From a virus (taxonomy: Duplodnaviria; Caudoviricetes): DNA of 52,330 nucleotides. The stretch covers positions 1 to 52,330 of IMG/VR virus record IMGVR_UViG_3300020473_000042; one strand, given 5' to 3'. Below are positions 9,277-18,424 of this stretch, in pieces (the stretch's first letter is position 1; every line of letters starts with the position of its first letter). Both the position numbers and the translations under genes were made by a program. Below the pieces are notes generated by a model. It was not told where the DNA came from, searched no databases, and saw only the letters and a list, made by a program, of their open reading frames with translations.

Positions 9277-9592
9277 AGAACCAAAGAAACCAGAAAAGAC
9301 GGAGGAATACAAAGATATAATGGACGCTCTTACTGAGCCAAAGCCTGAACCAAAGCCTGAGCCTGATCCTGTAAACAGCCCAGAACATTATAATAAGCTT
9401 GACGTTGAGGCTATTGATTTGATAGAAATGTCTATGACTAAGGATGAGTTTCTTGGTTACTTGAAAGGTAACGTTCTTAAATATATTATTCGTTATAAAC
9501 ATAAAGGCAAGGATCTAGAAGATCTCGACAAAGGAAAGTGGTACTTACAAAGACTGAGGGACAGAATAAAAGATGCAAAATCTACCAACTGA
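9266..9592 (+). CDS. DUF3310 protein (T7 gp1.7-like putative nucleotide kinase)
   Basis: DPVNSPEHY...EAIDLI...GYLKGNVLKYIIRYKHKG...EDLDKGKWYL; likely ATG at 9266 after GGAGA. Confidence 0.85.
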   Translation: MADEEPKKPEKTEEYKDIMDALTEPKPEPKPEPDPVNSPEHYNKLDVEAIDLIEMSMTKDEFLGYLKGNVLKYIIRYKHKGKDLEDLDKGKWYLQRLRDRIKDAKSTN

Positions 9593-11486
9593 TTATCAAA
9601 CATTTATACATAAGAGCAGGTACGCACGTTGGCTTGAAGAAGAACAGCGCAGAGAGACTTGGGACGAAACAGTAACACGCTTTATTGACTACATGGTTGA
9701 TCATATTAAGCTTGTGTGTGAAATAGACATATCCAAGTCTGACGATATAAAAGCTGTCAAGCAAGCCATACTGGATCTGGAGATTATGCCTTCAATGCGA
9801 TCTCTTATGACAGCAGGGCCAGCACTGAAACGTGAGAACGTTGCAGGATACAACTGTTCTTACATTCCAATAGACAACCCTAGATCTTTTGATGAAGTGT
9901 TATACATTCTTATGAACGGCACTGGTGTAGGCTTCTCTGTGGAGAGAAAATATATAGAGAATCTCCCTACCATCCCAGACGTAGAGTTTGAGAAAACAGA
10001 AGACGTTATTAGTGTAGCGGATTCTAAGGAGGGGTGGGCTAGAAGCTTTAGAGATCTTATAGGGTATCTGTACACAAACAGAATACCAAAGGTTGATATG
10101 TCTAAAATACGTCCTGCTGGTGCTAGGCTAAAGACGTTTGGTGGCAGGGCTTCTGGACCAGAACCACTCAAGGACTTGTTTGATTTTACTATAAGGATGT
10201 TTGAAGATGCAAAAGGAAGAAAGCTATCCTCGATTGAATGCCATGATATTGTTTGTAAAACAGGTGAAGTTGTTGTTGTCGGCGGTGTGCGTAGGTCTGC
10301 TTTGCTTTCTCTTAGTAACCTTACTGATGATAGGATGCGGTCTGCTAAGTCTGGTAATTGGTGGTCTCTTAATCCCCATAGAGCTTTGGCGAATAACTCT
10401 GTTGCTTACACGCAAACTCCTGACCCTTCTGCGTTTATGAGGGAATGGCTGTCACTATATGAGAGCAAATCTGGAGAGCGTGGCATATTTAACAGGACTG
10501 CTGCCAAGAATAAAGCTGCCAGTAATGGTAGGAGGAAAGAAGCTGATTTCGGCACTAACCCTTGCAGTGAAATAATACTGCGTCCTAATCAGTTCTGTAA
10601 TCTGTCTGAAGTTGTATGTAGGCCAAAGGATACTCAAAAGACATTACGTAAGAAAGCAGAGCTAGCTTCCATACTAGGAACGTTACAATCTACGCTTACA
10701 GACTTTAAATATTTACGTACAAGATGGAAAAGCAATACAGAAGAAGAACGTTTACTAGGTGTTTCTTTAACAGGAATACTTGATTGTAGGCATCTTAGTG
10801 AGGTGCTGAACCCAAGAGAACTGCAAGACTTGAAGAACACTGTAGTACAAACTAACATGAAGTGGGCAGGTAAGTTAGGCATACCTCAGTCTACTGCCAC
10901 CACTTGTGTCAAGCCATCTGGTACTGTTAGTCAGTTAACTAACGCTGCCAGTGGTATTCATGCTCGTCATGCTCCGTTCTATGTCAGGACGGTGCGTGGG
11001 GATGTTAAAGATCCGTTAACTCAATTTCTAATGGACAGTAACATTCCAAATGAACCTGACTTTAACAGTCCTAGCAATACGGTGGTTTTTTCCTTTCCTT
11101 TCAAATCACCTAATGCTGCAATATGTAGGACTGATATGAAGGCTCTGGAGCAACTGCACCTTTGGAAGCACTTTAGCGAACACTGGTGCGAACATAAACC
11201 TTCTATAACGGTAAGTGTGAAAGAGCATGAATGGATGGAAGTTGGAAACTGGTGCTACGAAAACTTTGATGAACTGAGTGGCATCAGTTTCCTTCCGTTC
11301 TCTGACCACAGTTATAGACAAGCTCCTTATCAAGATTCTAATCAGATAGAATATAAGAAGCTAATGGCAGAAATGCCTAAGTCAATAGATTGGGAGAAGT
11401 TTAATGATTACGAAAAAGAGGATAACACAAAAGCCTCACAAGAATTAGCTTGTACTGCAGGAGTGTGTGAAGTTGTCGATATATGA
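9573..11486 (+). CDS. nrdJ: Class II (adenosylcobalamin-dependent) ribonucleotide reductase, monomeric RTPR type
   Basis: PSMRSL, YNCS, GGVRRSA, TNPCSE, FCNLSE, TCVKPSGT, C-terminal CTAGVC; no nrdB small subunit in the window. Confidence 0.92.
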   Translation: MQNLPTDYQTFIHKSRYARWLEEEQRRETWDETVTRFIDYMVDHIKLVCEIDISKSDDIKAVKQAILDLEIMPSMRSLMTAGPALKRENVAGYNCSYIPIDNPRSFDEVLYILMNGTGVGFSVERKYIENLPTIPDVEFEKTEDVISVADSKEGWARSFRDLIGYLYTNRIPKVDMSKIRPAGARLKTFGGRASGPEPLKDLFDFTIRMFEDAKGRKLSSIECHDIVCKTGEVVVVGGVRRSALLSLSNLTDDRMRSAKSGNWWSLNPHRALANNSVAYTQTPDPSAFMREWLSLYESKSGERGIFNRTAAKNKAASNGRRKEADFGTNPCSEIILRPNQFCNLSEVVCRPKDTQKTLRKKAELASILGTLQSTLTDFKYLRTRWKSNTEEERLLGVSLTGILDCRHLSEVLNPRELQDLKNTVVQTNMKWAGKLGIPQSTATTCVKPSGTVSQLTNAASGIHARHAPFYVRTVRGDVKDPLTQFLMDSNIPNEPDFNSPSNTVVFSFPFKSPNAAICRTDMKALEQLHLWKHFSEHWCEHKPSITVSVKEHEWMEVGNWCYENFDELSGISFLPFSDHSYRQAPYQDSNQIEYKKLMAEMPKSIDWEKFNDYEKEDNTKASQELACTAGVCEVVDI

Positions 11487-11707
11487 GTACAAACAGAAGT
11501 AAAGCAATGTTATCTAACGTTACCGTGTATTTAAAAAGAGACGGTAACATTGAAGTGACATACAACAACGTTACCGCCGATAAGTTTAGAGAAGTTATGA
11601 ATGATAGTATGCCTAGTTATACAAATACAGAACTTATCTATGGTTATATGAAGCGTCTGGAGAACGTAACAAAAGAATATCTGGATGATCTGGAAAAAAT
11701 ACTGTAA
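11483..11707 (+). CDS. Hypothetical protein
   Basis: 74-aa ORF ATGA-coupled to the RNR; last gene of the plus-strand block. Confidence 0.7.
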   Translation: MSTNRSKAMLSNVTVYLKRDGNIEVTYNNVTADKFREVMNDSMPSYTNTELIYGYMKRLENVTKEYLDDLEKIL

Positions 11708-11785
11708 AATGGGCTATTTGCTTTGTACGGCGTTTTAAGCCTCATACAAGAGAATTGGGTTGTTTCTGGTACTCTAGGTCATTTT

Positions 11786-11830
11786 ACCCCTTAGATACGC
11801 ACACAGCGTCAAATACAGGGGTGTTTTTCT
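11786..11830 (+). terminator. Probable intrinsic terminator at the convergence of replication and structural blocks
   Basis: ACCCCT...AGGGGT outer stem with inner ACGC/GCGT, followed by GTTTTTCT. Confidence 0.45.
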
Positions 11831-11840
11831 CTCAGGTTGA

Positions 11841-12212
11841 CTATTTTGGAACTATTTTAAGAGATTTACTTCTTTTTTTAGAAGCTTGTATCCCTTCCTG
11901 TGAAGATCCATGAAATGACATCTCATTTCTAGGTATATCATCCTTTTGAAACTTATCTATGACTTCATCTTCTGTGTGGAGGTATCCATCATAAATGCTT
12001 GGAGCGTTAAGCCACACTTCTTCCCCTGTAGTTGTGTCGGCTCCGATAGGAATTGTAACTCCTTTTTCGGATACAAGCTCCCCTTTTTCAGTTTTATAAA
12101 CATCTCTATTTGCTGTTGTTTTAAGGTTTGTTCGTTTCCCTACTTTTTTCTTTTTAGGAAGATTAGTATAAGGTTTATTCTTTGATTTTTGATTTGCTAT
12201 AAAATGTCCCAT
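11841..12212 (-). CDS. Hypothetical basic protein
   Basis: 123-aa ORF, last gene of the structural operon. Confidence 0.7.
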   Translation of the reverse strand: MGHFIANQKSKNKPYTNLPKKKKVGKRTNLKTTANRDVYKTEKGELVSEKGVTIPIGADTTTGEEVWLNAPSIYDGYLHTEDEVIDKFQKDDIPRNEMSFHGSSQEGIQASKKRSKSLKIVPK

Positions 12213-12214
12213 GT

Positions 12215-12619
12215 CTATTTTTTCATATTATTGCGTTGTACGCCCTTAGATTTCTCAAAACTACGCATTCCGCCCAATCCTAATAAAGATAGTGTGAGAG
12301 TTAGCAATCCTTCAGTCTGTATCACTGGAAGAACTAAATCTGCACCGCTAAGAGCTATGCCCCAGACCGCTACAGGTTGAAGTACAAACTGCCATGCTAG
12401 GCCAAAGGCGCATATCCACATGATGGATGGTCTTGCTCCTGCTACAAAGATGGAAGGATGCTTCGCCTGTTCCAGATTAGTTTGTGCTTGAGCTAGATCC
12501 AGTGATACAATTTGAGTCCGTAGTTCGTGATCTAATTTCTTTTTAAGGTCTTTGTCCTCAACAAACTTGTCAAGAATCTTACCAGTAACGCCTATTACGC
12601 TTTCAGCTATACCTAACAT
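12215..12619 (-). CDS. Holin (3TM, GTA-type holin family)
   Basis: LDKFVEDKD...EQAKHPSIFVAGARPSIMWIC...LLGLGGMRSFEKSKGV; AAGGAG RBS. Confidence 0.88.
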   Translation of the reverse strand: MLGIAESVIGVTGKILDKFVEDKDLKKKLDHELRTQIVSLDLAQAQTNLEQAKHPSIFVAGARPSIMWICAFGLAWQFVLQPVAVWGIALSGADLVLPVIQTEGLLTLTLSLLGLGGMRSFEKSKGVQRNNMKK

Positions 12620-12631
12620 TAACTTCTCCTT

Positions 12632-12796
12632 CTAGCCATACAAGGTAAATAAGTTTCTTACGTTGTTATTGTATCCTTCAAGAATGCTCATGGAGCCATT
12701 GACATAGGCTTCGTTTACATTCGGTGTTGAAGGATCGTCTGCTACGTATCTGCCCTTCTTTGTTCTTGCACGTTTCTTTTTCTTAACTTGTGTCAT
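12632..12796 (-). CDS. Small basic protein (54 aa) with RAR..G....DDPSTP..NEA motif, not in ORF track
   Basis: MTQVKKKKRARTKKGRYVADDPSTPNVNEAYVNG...; AGGAG RBS; exactly fills the gap between neighbours. Confidence 0.75.
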   Translation of the reverse strand: MTQVKKKKRARTKKGRYVADDPSTPNVNEAYVNGSMSILEGYNNNVRNLFTLYG

Positions 12797-12799
12797 TAT

Positions 12800-15700
12800 T
12801 TATTCTCCTTGTCCTAAGAAATCAAGATTAAGGTCAGGATCTTCATTGTTTAGCGGAGGCACGAAAAGAGAATTATCTCCTTGCACATTGTCACTGGTTA
12901 ATGGCAAATTTTGTTCTGCCTCGCTTTGAAGAGGATTTGCTAATGTTCCTCTAAAACCTGTTCCTTCTTTTACTGCAGTTTCTTCATCTTCTAATAATTG
13001 CACTCTTCCAGGAATAGAGCCTCGATCTAATGCTAAAGCATCTCTTCTTTCTGTTCTTAAAAGTCCAGTAGATTTGTGCATATCAAAACCAAATATTTCA
13101 AATCCAGCTTGATTAAGACTGTTTAAAAGACCAACTAGGAAATTTTCATCAGAGATTTCATCTTCTGGGGGTATATCTCCTTCTTCATTGTATACAATAA
13201 TTCTTCCTCCCATTATGCGTCTTATAGTTTTTCTTAGATATTTTATATCTTCTTTTGGAACATTTTTAGTACCGTATACTCCAGCCTCTAAAGCTGTAAC
13301 AAGAGCTTTCATAAATGTAGGATCTGTATATATAGTGTGCAGCATCATTGCTTTAGATCTTTGATGTTCTCTTATAATTTGTTCTGAAGCAAGGTATCTC
13401 CAACTAACAACACCCCTAAAACCTGCATACAATCTTGACAAGGCTGCTGGCATGGTTATACCTGTAGGGATTCTGCCTAGTAATTCCATAGCTGCTTTAG
13501 ATTCTGGACCTACTGATTTAATAAGCACAGAAGCTTGAAACAGTCTATCAAGATTTTCATTACGAGTAGTATTACCAGTTAAAGAATTTATTCTTTTAAA
13601 CAATGGCATAACATTGTTCATCAATTCACCAAATTTAACTACATCAATATCTGTGCTTAATCCAAAAAATCTATTGCTTGGCAAACCCATTGCTTCCCCA
13701 AACTTAGACTCCCTAAAACCAGAAGTTAAATTAGGTTGAAAAATTGATCTTCTTTCATCCTTTACTGGAACAATACTTCTTTTAATCATTTCATTTTGTA
13801 GAACAATTGCAAGATCCTCTAATCTTTTCTTTTGATCTTTTGTTATAGTAGTAGCATTAGGTTTAATACCAAAAAATGTTTCTAAAAACACATCTTGTCT
13901 TTTTCCTTGTGCATCGTATATAGACTTTGGCTGTATTTCTCGTATCATGCTTTCTAATTGAGATCTTTTCATAAAGGGATTTCCTTTAATAGCTTCAATT
14001 ATATCCATTCCGCTTGATACTTGTTTTTCTAACGCTACAGTTTGTTCTCTAAAAGCTTGCGGAAGTATTGGTTTTTGATCTATTTTTATACCTGTCGCTG
14101 TTAAAAAATCAAATAGATCAGAAACTTCTCCACTAAGAATTTTTTCATTTCCGAGTATACTTTTTCTAGTAGTATTGTCTAAAGCAGTACCTACTGTCTT
14201 TATGAGAGTTTTTAGATTGTTTTCTTTTTGTACTATATCTTTAAAAATTTCAACATTTTTTGCTACATCGTCTATCTCTTCTTTAAATGTTTTTATTACA
14301 TTATAAGTTTGATCAGATAAAAATCCTGCTTTATTTAGTTTTTTTAATTTATTCATGTCTCTTAATATAATGTTTCTTTTTTCTTGATTTATTAACATTA
14401 ATATTGCAGTGTCATCCAAAACATCTCTCATACTGTTTTTAGCTTCGTTAAAACTTATAGTTTGTTTGTTAGCTTTTGTATAAGATTCAAACATTTTTTC
14501 TAAAACAGGAATTGTCTCATCTGCGCTGTTTCTAAATATGTACTCTGGAACTTCCCATTGTTCAGTAATTCTTTTAGATCCAGCATCAAAAGGTTGTTTT
14601 AATAAAATTCCTAAAGGAGATCTAAAACTATTCACATATTTTACCCACTGTTCTGCTGCCTCTTCAGCACCTTCTATTCCCAGTTTGCTAATAATTTTAT
14701 TAGCTTCCTCTATACTTGGTAATAAATTTCGTTCTGCTTCAGTTAAAAATTGTTTTGGCCCTGTTCTGGCAGCTAAAAACTTTCTTACACCTATTATCTC
14801 ATTTGCAGAAAGATGTGCAGGTAGCATTCTTGCTAACTGTTCTTCTGCATCTACAGGAGCCCTATTTGGAATAGTCTTTAAGTTTGCTATAAAACGTTGC
14901 AGATATATTATTTTGGCTGTTTCTAAATCACTGTGCAGCGCAAAAGCAGGATTTGCATCGCCAACATCGTCTAAACTTTTTAAACTTGCCCTAATATCAA
15001 TATTGTCAAAAGTGTCAGTTGACTGTCTTAAAGTAATTTCTCTTCCTGAATCTGATCTAAACACGTTATTATTTAATGTTAGAGGCAAACCTAAGTCATC
15101 TATTTTGTTTGCAAGTGCTATTAATGAAGCACTAGTGTTAAAGTCACCACTATTAAGGTAGTTAAATCTTGCAGTAGCTATTAAATCATCATAAAATGTA
15201 GTAGGAACATCGCTTTTTGCAACCATTCCAAAATTAGAATGTGCTTTTAATAACCTGTTTAGTACATTAACTTCACTACCTATGTCTCTGTTTCTTAAAA
15301 ATTTAAAAGAATTTACAAATTCTTCGGCGTTTGCAGGAGTGTCTGCTATTGTAAAAGATACAGAGTTTGGGCTATTTTTGTAAGTATACAGATTATCTAT
15401 ATCGTTTTTTACTACATTTTCAGCTTTAGATAAAGCATTGACAAAATCTTCACCATGCTTTGTTAAAGCATCTACATCAGCCTCTCCTCCTAATCTTTGT
15501 ATTCCAAATTTTCCTCCTACGCCTGTACCCATTCCCTCACCTTTACTACCAGTGATAATTTCGTTTAAGAGAGATGAAGATCTTAAATCTAACGCATGTT
15601 TTGCATCAAATTCTGCAATGTTGCCAATTTCTGCTTTTAAAGTAGCGTTTCTTTTTTCTAATTTTGAAGCCATGTTTTTCATTTGCCCAAGCAAACCTTC

Positions 15701-18412
15701 AAATTTAAGGACTACTTCAGGTTCTGCACCAGATAGGCGTAGTAAAGCTTTTTGTACAAACGCTAAATTTTCTTCAGCTTCTTTTTGTGCAGCTCTTATA
15801 AAATTATAAGATAATTGTAAACCTTCGTTTCCCCAATTACTTAATGCTCCAAAAAATGCGTTTCTAGATTTTTTATCAGCTAAAGCTTGAGTAGCCATAG
15901 CTACATGATGTTGATTTGTTACTGTTGCCTGTATTTGATTTATAGTTGCATAAAACGTTTCTTCTACGTCTAATCCAGACCCTAATTTTGCTAAATCTTC
16001 ATGCAACTTTGATGCTTGGGACCAAGCTTTTTTATAAGCTTCTACTTGCTCTGGCGTTATCATCCTAGCTACCATTTCAGCGTGTTTGTCTATTTTTTGC
16101 AGTGTAGACATTCTTAAAGCCATAACAGCATCAAGTTCTGTATCCCCGATTACAATTTTTTCTCCTGTTCTTTTATCTATCACTTGTCTAGGATTTATTA
16201 AAGCTCCGTTAGAATCTTTTAATAGTCTTTTTGTGTCGGCTACAAATATGTCAAATGGGCCTAATCCTTGCGACCAAGCCATAACTCTTCTTCCAAAAGT
16301 TGTGTTAAATATAGTTTCACCTGCAAATTCTTGAAACTCCACCGTTCTAACGTCTGGTTCATCTACAATTACTTTTCTTTTTTTACCATCTTTACCTATT
16401 ATAATTTTTTCTACTTCTTTGTATTCAGGAGCAGGTATTTCTACAGTTCTAGTATACTGGCTTGGTTGTTTTTGTTTAAATACTTTATCAAGAACTTTAG
16501 CCACATGATAAAAAGCCATAGGAAAAGAAAGCTCCCCTTGTAAATAGTTGTCTTGTTTCCCTACCATATTGCTTGGCAACTTTAGTCTTGCTCTTCCTGC
16601 AAGCCCACCAGCTCTATTAAGTACACTTTCTACAACTTTATAAGCTGCTGGAGGATTTGCCCACACTCCAAGTAAACCTGCTAGATGTTTATAGGGTTCC
16701 CATTTTGTACCAGCAGTAGCGTCTTCCCACATAGTCATTGCAAAACCTGCTCCAGCAGCAGCATTATAGTACATTATATCTCTATAATGTTTTTGCATTC
16801 CTAATATATCTTTTGGTTTTATGTACTGAAAAGAAGCTGTTTCATACGTAGGCATTCCTGTTGTCTCATCTACTTTACCTCTTACTGTACCTACTACTGT
16901 TTGGGGACGAGCTTTCGCAGTAAGATTTTTTTCTTTAACTTTAGCTTTTACATTTTTCCAAAAACTTGGCTTAATATCTTGTAAAACTTGTTTTGTAACA
17001 TTAGCTTTAGCCTGACCTATTTCGTTGTTAAGTCTACTTATTGCTAATCTTGAAGGAGATACTGCAGCTTCATCAAGATGCCCTTTAGCTTTTGCTTCTG
17101 CTTTAGCTAATGTTGCCAATTTACTCTTAGATAGATTCTTTATTAGCTTGTTTCGTGTTTCTATTTTTGCTTTTATGGCTGGACCTATTAACTCTTCTAC
17201 TTTTGTAATTTGAGGAGCAGCAAAAGGCTCGACTTTAGGAAGATCTCTAAGAACTTTTTGTTCTGAAGATATTCTCAGTATTCTATCTGATGCTTTTCTA
17301 AAAGACCCATGCGCAAATTTTGCTATACCTTTTATTTCTTTCCCACCAAATAAACTTACTGCAAATTCATATGAAGCTATTGCAGTTCTTTCTAATAAAT
17401 TTAAATCTTCTAATTTATATTTTTTAACTAATTCAGATAAACGATCATTTACCCACTCATAGGGTATAGGATTTTTTTTGTCAATATAATAAGTTTTATC
17501 GTAATCAGGAGCCCCTTGACCAGAACCAAACAAACCCATAGTACCTTTGTACGCTTTTTCAACTGTCCCTAATGAATATGCTGATAGAAGATTTAAAGCA
17601 GCTAACGTTGTTTTTGCGCCAGCAGTAAGCCCAAACTCTACAGTTCCTATTCCTCTTTGGATACCTTCTAGCCTTCTTTCTGGAGGAACGTTAGGGTCTA
17701 ACCCAATTATATTTTCCGCTATCCATTCAGTTAAATTTTGATCTTTTGGCTGTGTAGGATCAAAACCGTCATATCTTTGAGCAAGCATATTTAATTTTAA
17801 AATTTTTTGTTGTTCTACAAATTTCTTTTGTATTTCTTCTTGGTCAGGGCTTAACATTCCTCCGCTTATTGCTCCAAGATTGGGTGATAAACCATATAAC
17901 TTTATTCCTAAGTAATCGTCTGGAGAAGGTTCAATATTTAAATAGTCTGGAGTAGGTGACTCTTCATATTGTATTCCTCCTCCTAAAGCTCCAAAATAAT
18001 CTGGATTAAATTGTGCCATTAAACGTGTTTGAGGTTTAGGTACTGCCTCTCCTAGTCCAGTGGGAGGAGGTGTTGTGTAAAAGTCCCCTCCTCTTGTGAA
18101 TTGACCACCTTCGTAGCCCATGAAATCATCTTCTGTAGCTGTTCTAACTAAATGTCGTCCTATGCCTGTTGCACTTAGTTCATCTGTAAATGTGGTCGGA
18201 CCTAAACTTGTAACATCTTGACTTTTATCGTCAGACGTTGTAGGAGAAGCAACAGTGTCAGGCGAGGTTTGTCCTAAAAAATCTAAACTTAAATCAGGTG
18301 TGTTACCAGCTTTAGCTTGCGCTACTGTAGTAGCACCAGTATTGACAGGTGGGGTATTATTAGTTGAAGGCTTGACAGGTTTTTTAAATTTATCTATAAC
18401 CCTTATTGACAT
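12800..18412 (-). CDS. Very large internal virion (ejection) protein
   Basis: 1870 aa, apparently helical, last large gene after tail genes; SRLYAGFRGVVSWRYLASE near the C-terminus; function inferred from synteny. Confidence 0.75.
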   Translation of the reverse strand: MSIRVIDKFKKPVKPSTNNTPPVNTGATTVAQAKAGNTPDLSLDFLGQTSPDTVASPTTSDDKSQDVTSLGPTTFTDELSATGIGRHLVRTATEDDFMGYEGGQFTRGGDFYTTPPPTGLGEAVPKPQTRLMAQFNPDYFGALGGGIQYEESPTPDYLNIEPSPDDYLGIKLYGLSPNLGAISGGMLSPDQEEIQKKFVEQQKILKLNMLAQRYDGFDPTQPKDQNLTEWIAENIIGLDPNVPPERRLEGIQRGIGTVEFGLTAGAKTTLAALNLLSAYSLGTVEKAYKGTMGLFGSGQGAPDYDKTYYIDKKNPIPYEWVNDRLSELVKKYKLEDLNLLERTAIASYEFAVSLFGGKEIKGIAKFAHGSFRKASDRILRISSEQKVLRDLPKVEPFAAPQITKVEELIGPAIKAKIETRNKLIKNLSKSKLATLAKAEAKAKGHLDEAAVSPSRLAISRLNNEIGQAKANVTKQVLQDIKPSFWKNVKAKVKEKNLTAKARPQTVVGTVRGKVDETTGMPTYETASFQYIKPKDILGMQKHYRDIMYYNAAAGAGFAMTMWEDATAGTKWEPYKHLAGLLGVWANPPAAYKVVESVLNRAGGLAGRARLKLPSNMVGKQDNYLQGELSFPMAFYHVAKVLDKVFKQKQPSQYTRTVEIPAPEYKEVEKIIIGKDGKKRKVIVDEPDVRTVEFQEFAGETIFNTTFGRRVMAWSQGLGPFDIFVADTKRLLKDSNGALINPRQVIDKRTGEKIVIGDTELDAVMALRMSTLQKIDKHAEMVARMITPEQVEAYKKAWSQASKLHEDLAKLGSGLDVEETFYATINQIQATVTNQHHVAMATQALADKKSRNAFFGALSNWGNEGLQLSYNFIRAAQKEAEENLAFVQKALLRLSGAEPEVVLKFEGLLGQMKNMASKLEKRNATLKAEIGNIAEFDAKHALDLRSSSLLNEIITGSKGEGMGTGVGGKFGIQRLGGEADVDALTKHGEDFVNALSKAENVVKNDIDNLYTYKNSPNSVSFTIADTPANAEEFVNSFKFLRNRDIGSEVNVLNRLLKAHSNFGMVAKSDVPTTFYDDLIATARFNYLNSGDFNTSASLIALANKIDDLGLPLTLNNNVFRSDSGREITLRQSTDTFDNIDIRASLKSLDDVGDANPAFALHSDLETAKIIYLQRFIANLKTIPNRAPVDAEEQLARMLPAHLSANEIIGVRKFLAARTGPKQFLTEAERNLLPSIEEANKIISKLGIEGAEEAAEQWVKYVNSFRSPLGILLKQPFDAGSKRITEQWEVPEYIFRNSADETIPVLEKMFESYTKANKQTISFNEAKNSMRDVLDDTAILMLINQEKRNIILRDMNKLKKLNKAGFLSDQTYNVIKTFKEEIDDVAKNVEIFKDIVQKENNLKTLIKTVGTALDNTTRKSILGNEKILSGEVSDLFDFLTATGIKIDQKPILPQAFREQTVALEKQVSSGMDIIEAIKGNPFMKRSQLESMIREIQPKSIYDAQGKRQDVFLETFFGIKPNATTITKDQKKRLEDLAIVLQNEMIKRSIVPVKDERRSIFQPNLTSGFRESKFGEAMGLPSNRFFGLSTDIDVVKFGELMNNVMPLFKRINSLTGNTTRNENLDRLFQASVLIKSVGPESKAAMELLGRIPTGITMPAALSRLYAGFRGVVSWRYLASEQIIREHQRSKAMMLHTIYTDPTFMKALVTALEAGVYGTKNVPKEDIKYLRKTIRRIMGGRIIVYNEEGDIPPEDEISDENFLVGLLNSLNQAGFEIFGFDMHKSTGLLRTERRDALALDRGSIPGRVQLLEDEETAVKEGTGFRGTLANPLQSEAEQNLPLTSDNVQGDNSLFVPPLNNEDPDLNLDFLGQGE

Positions 18413-18424
18413 ATTTTCTGTCCT

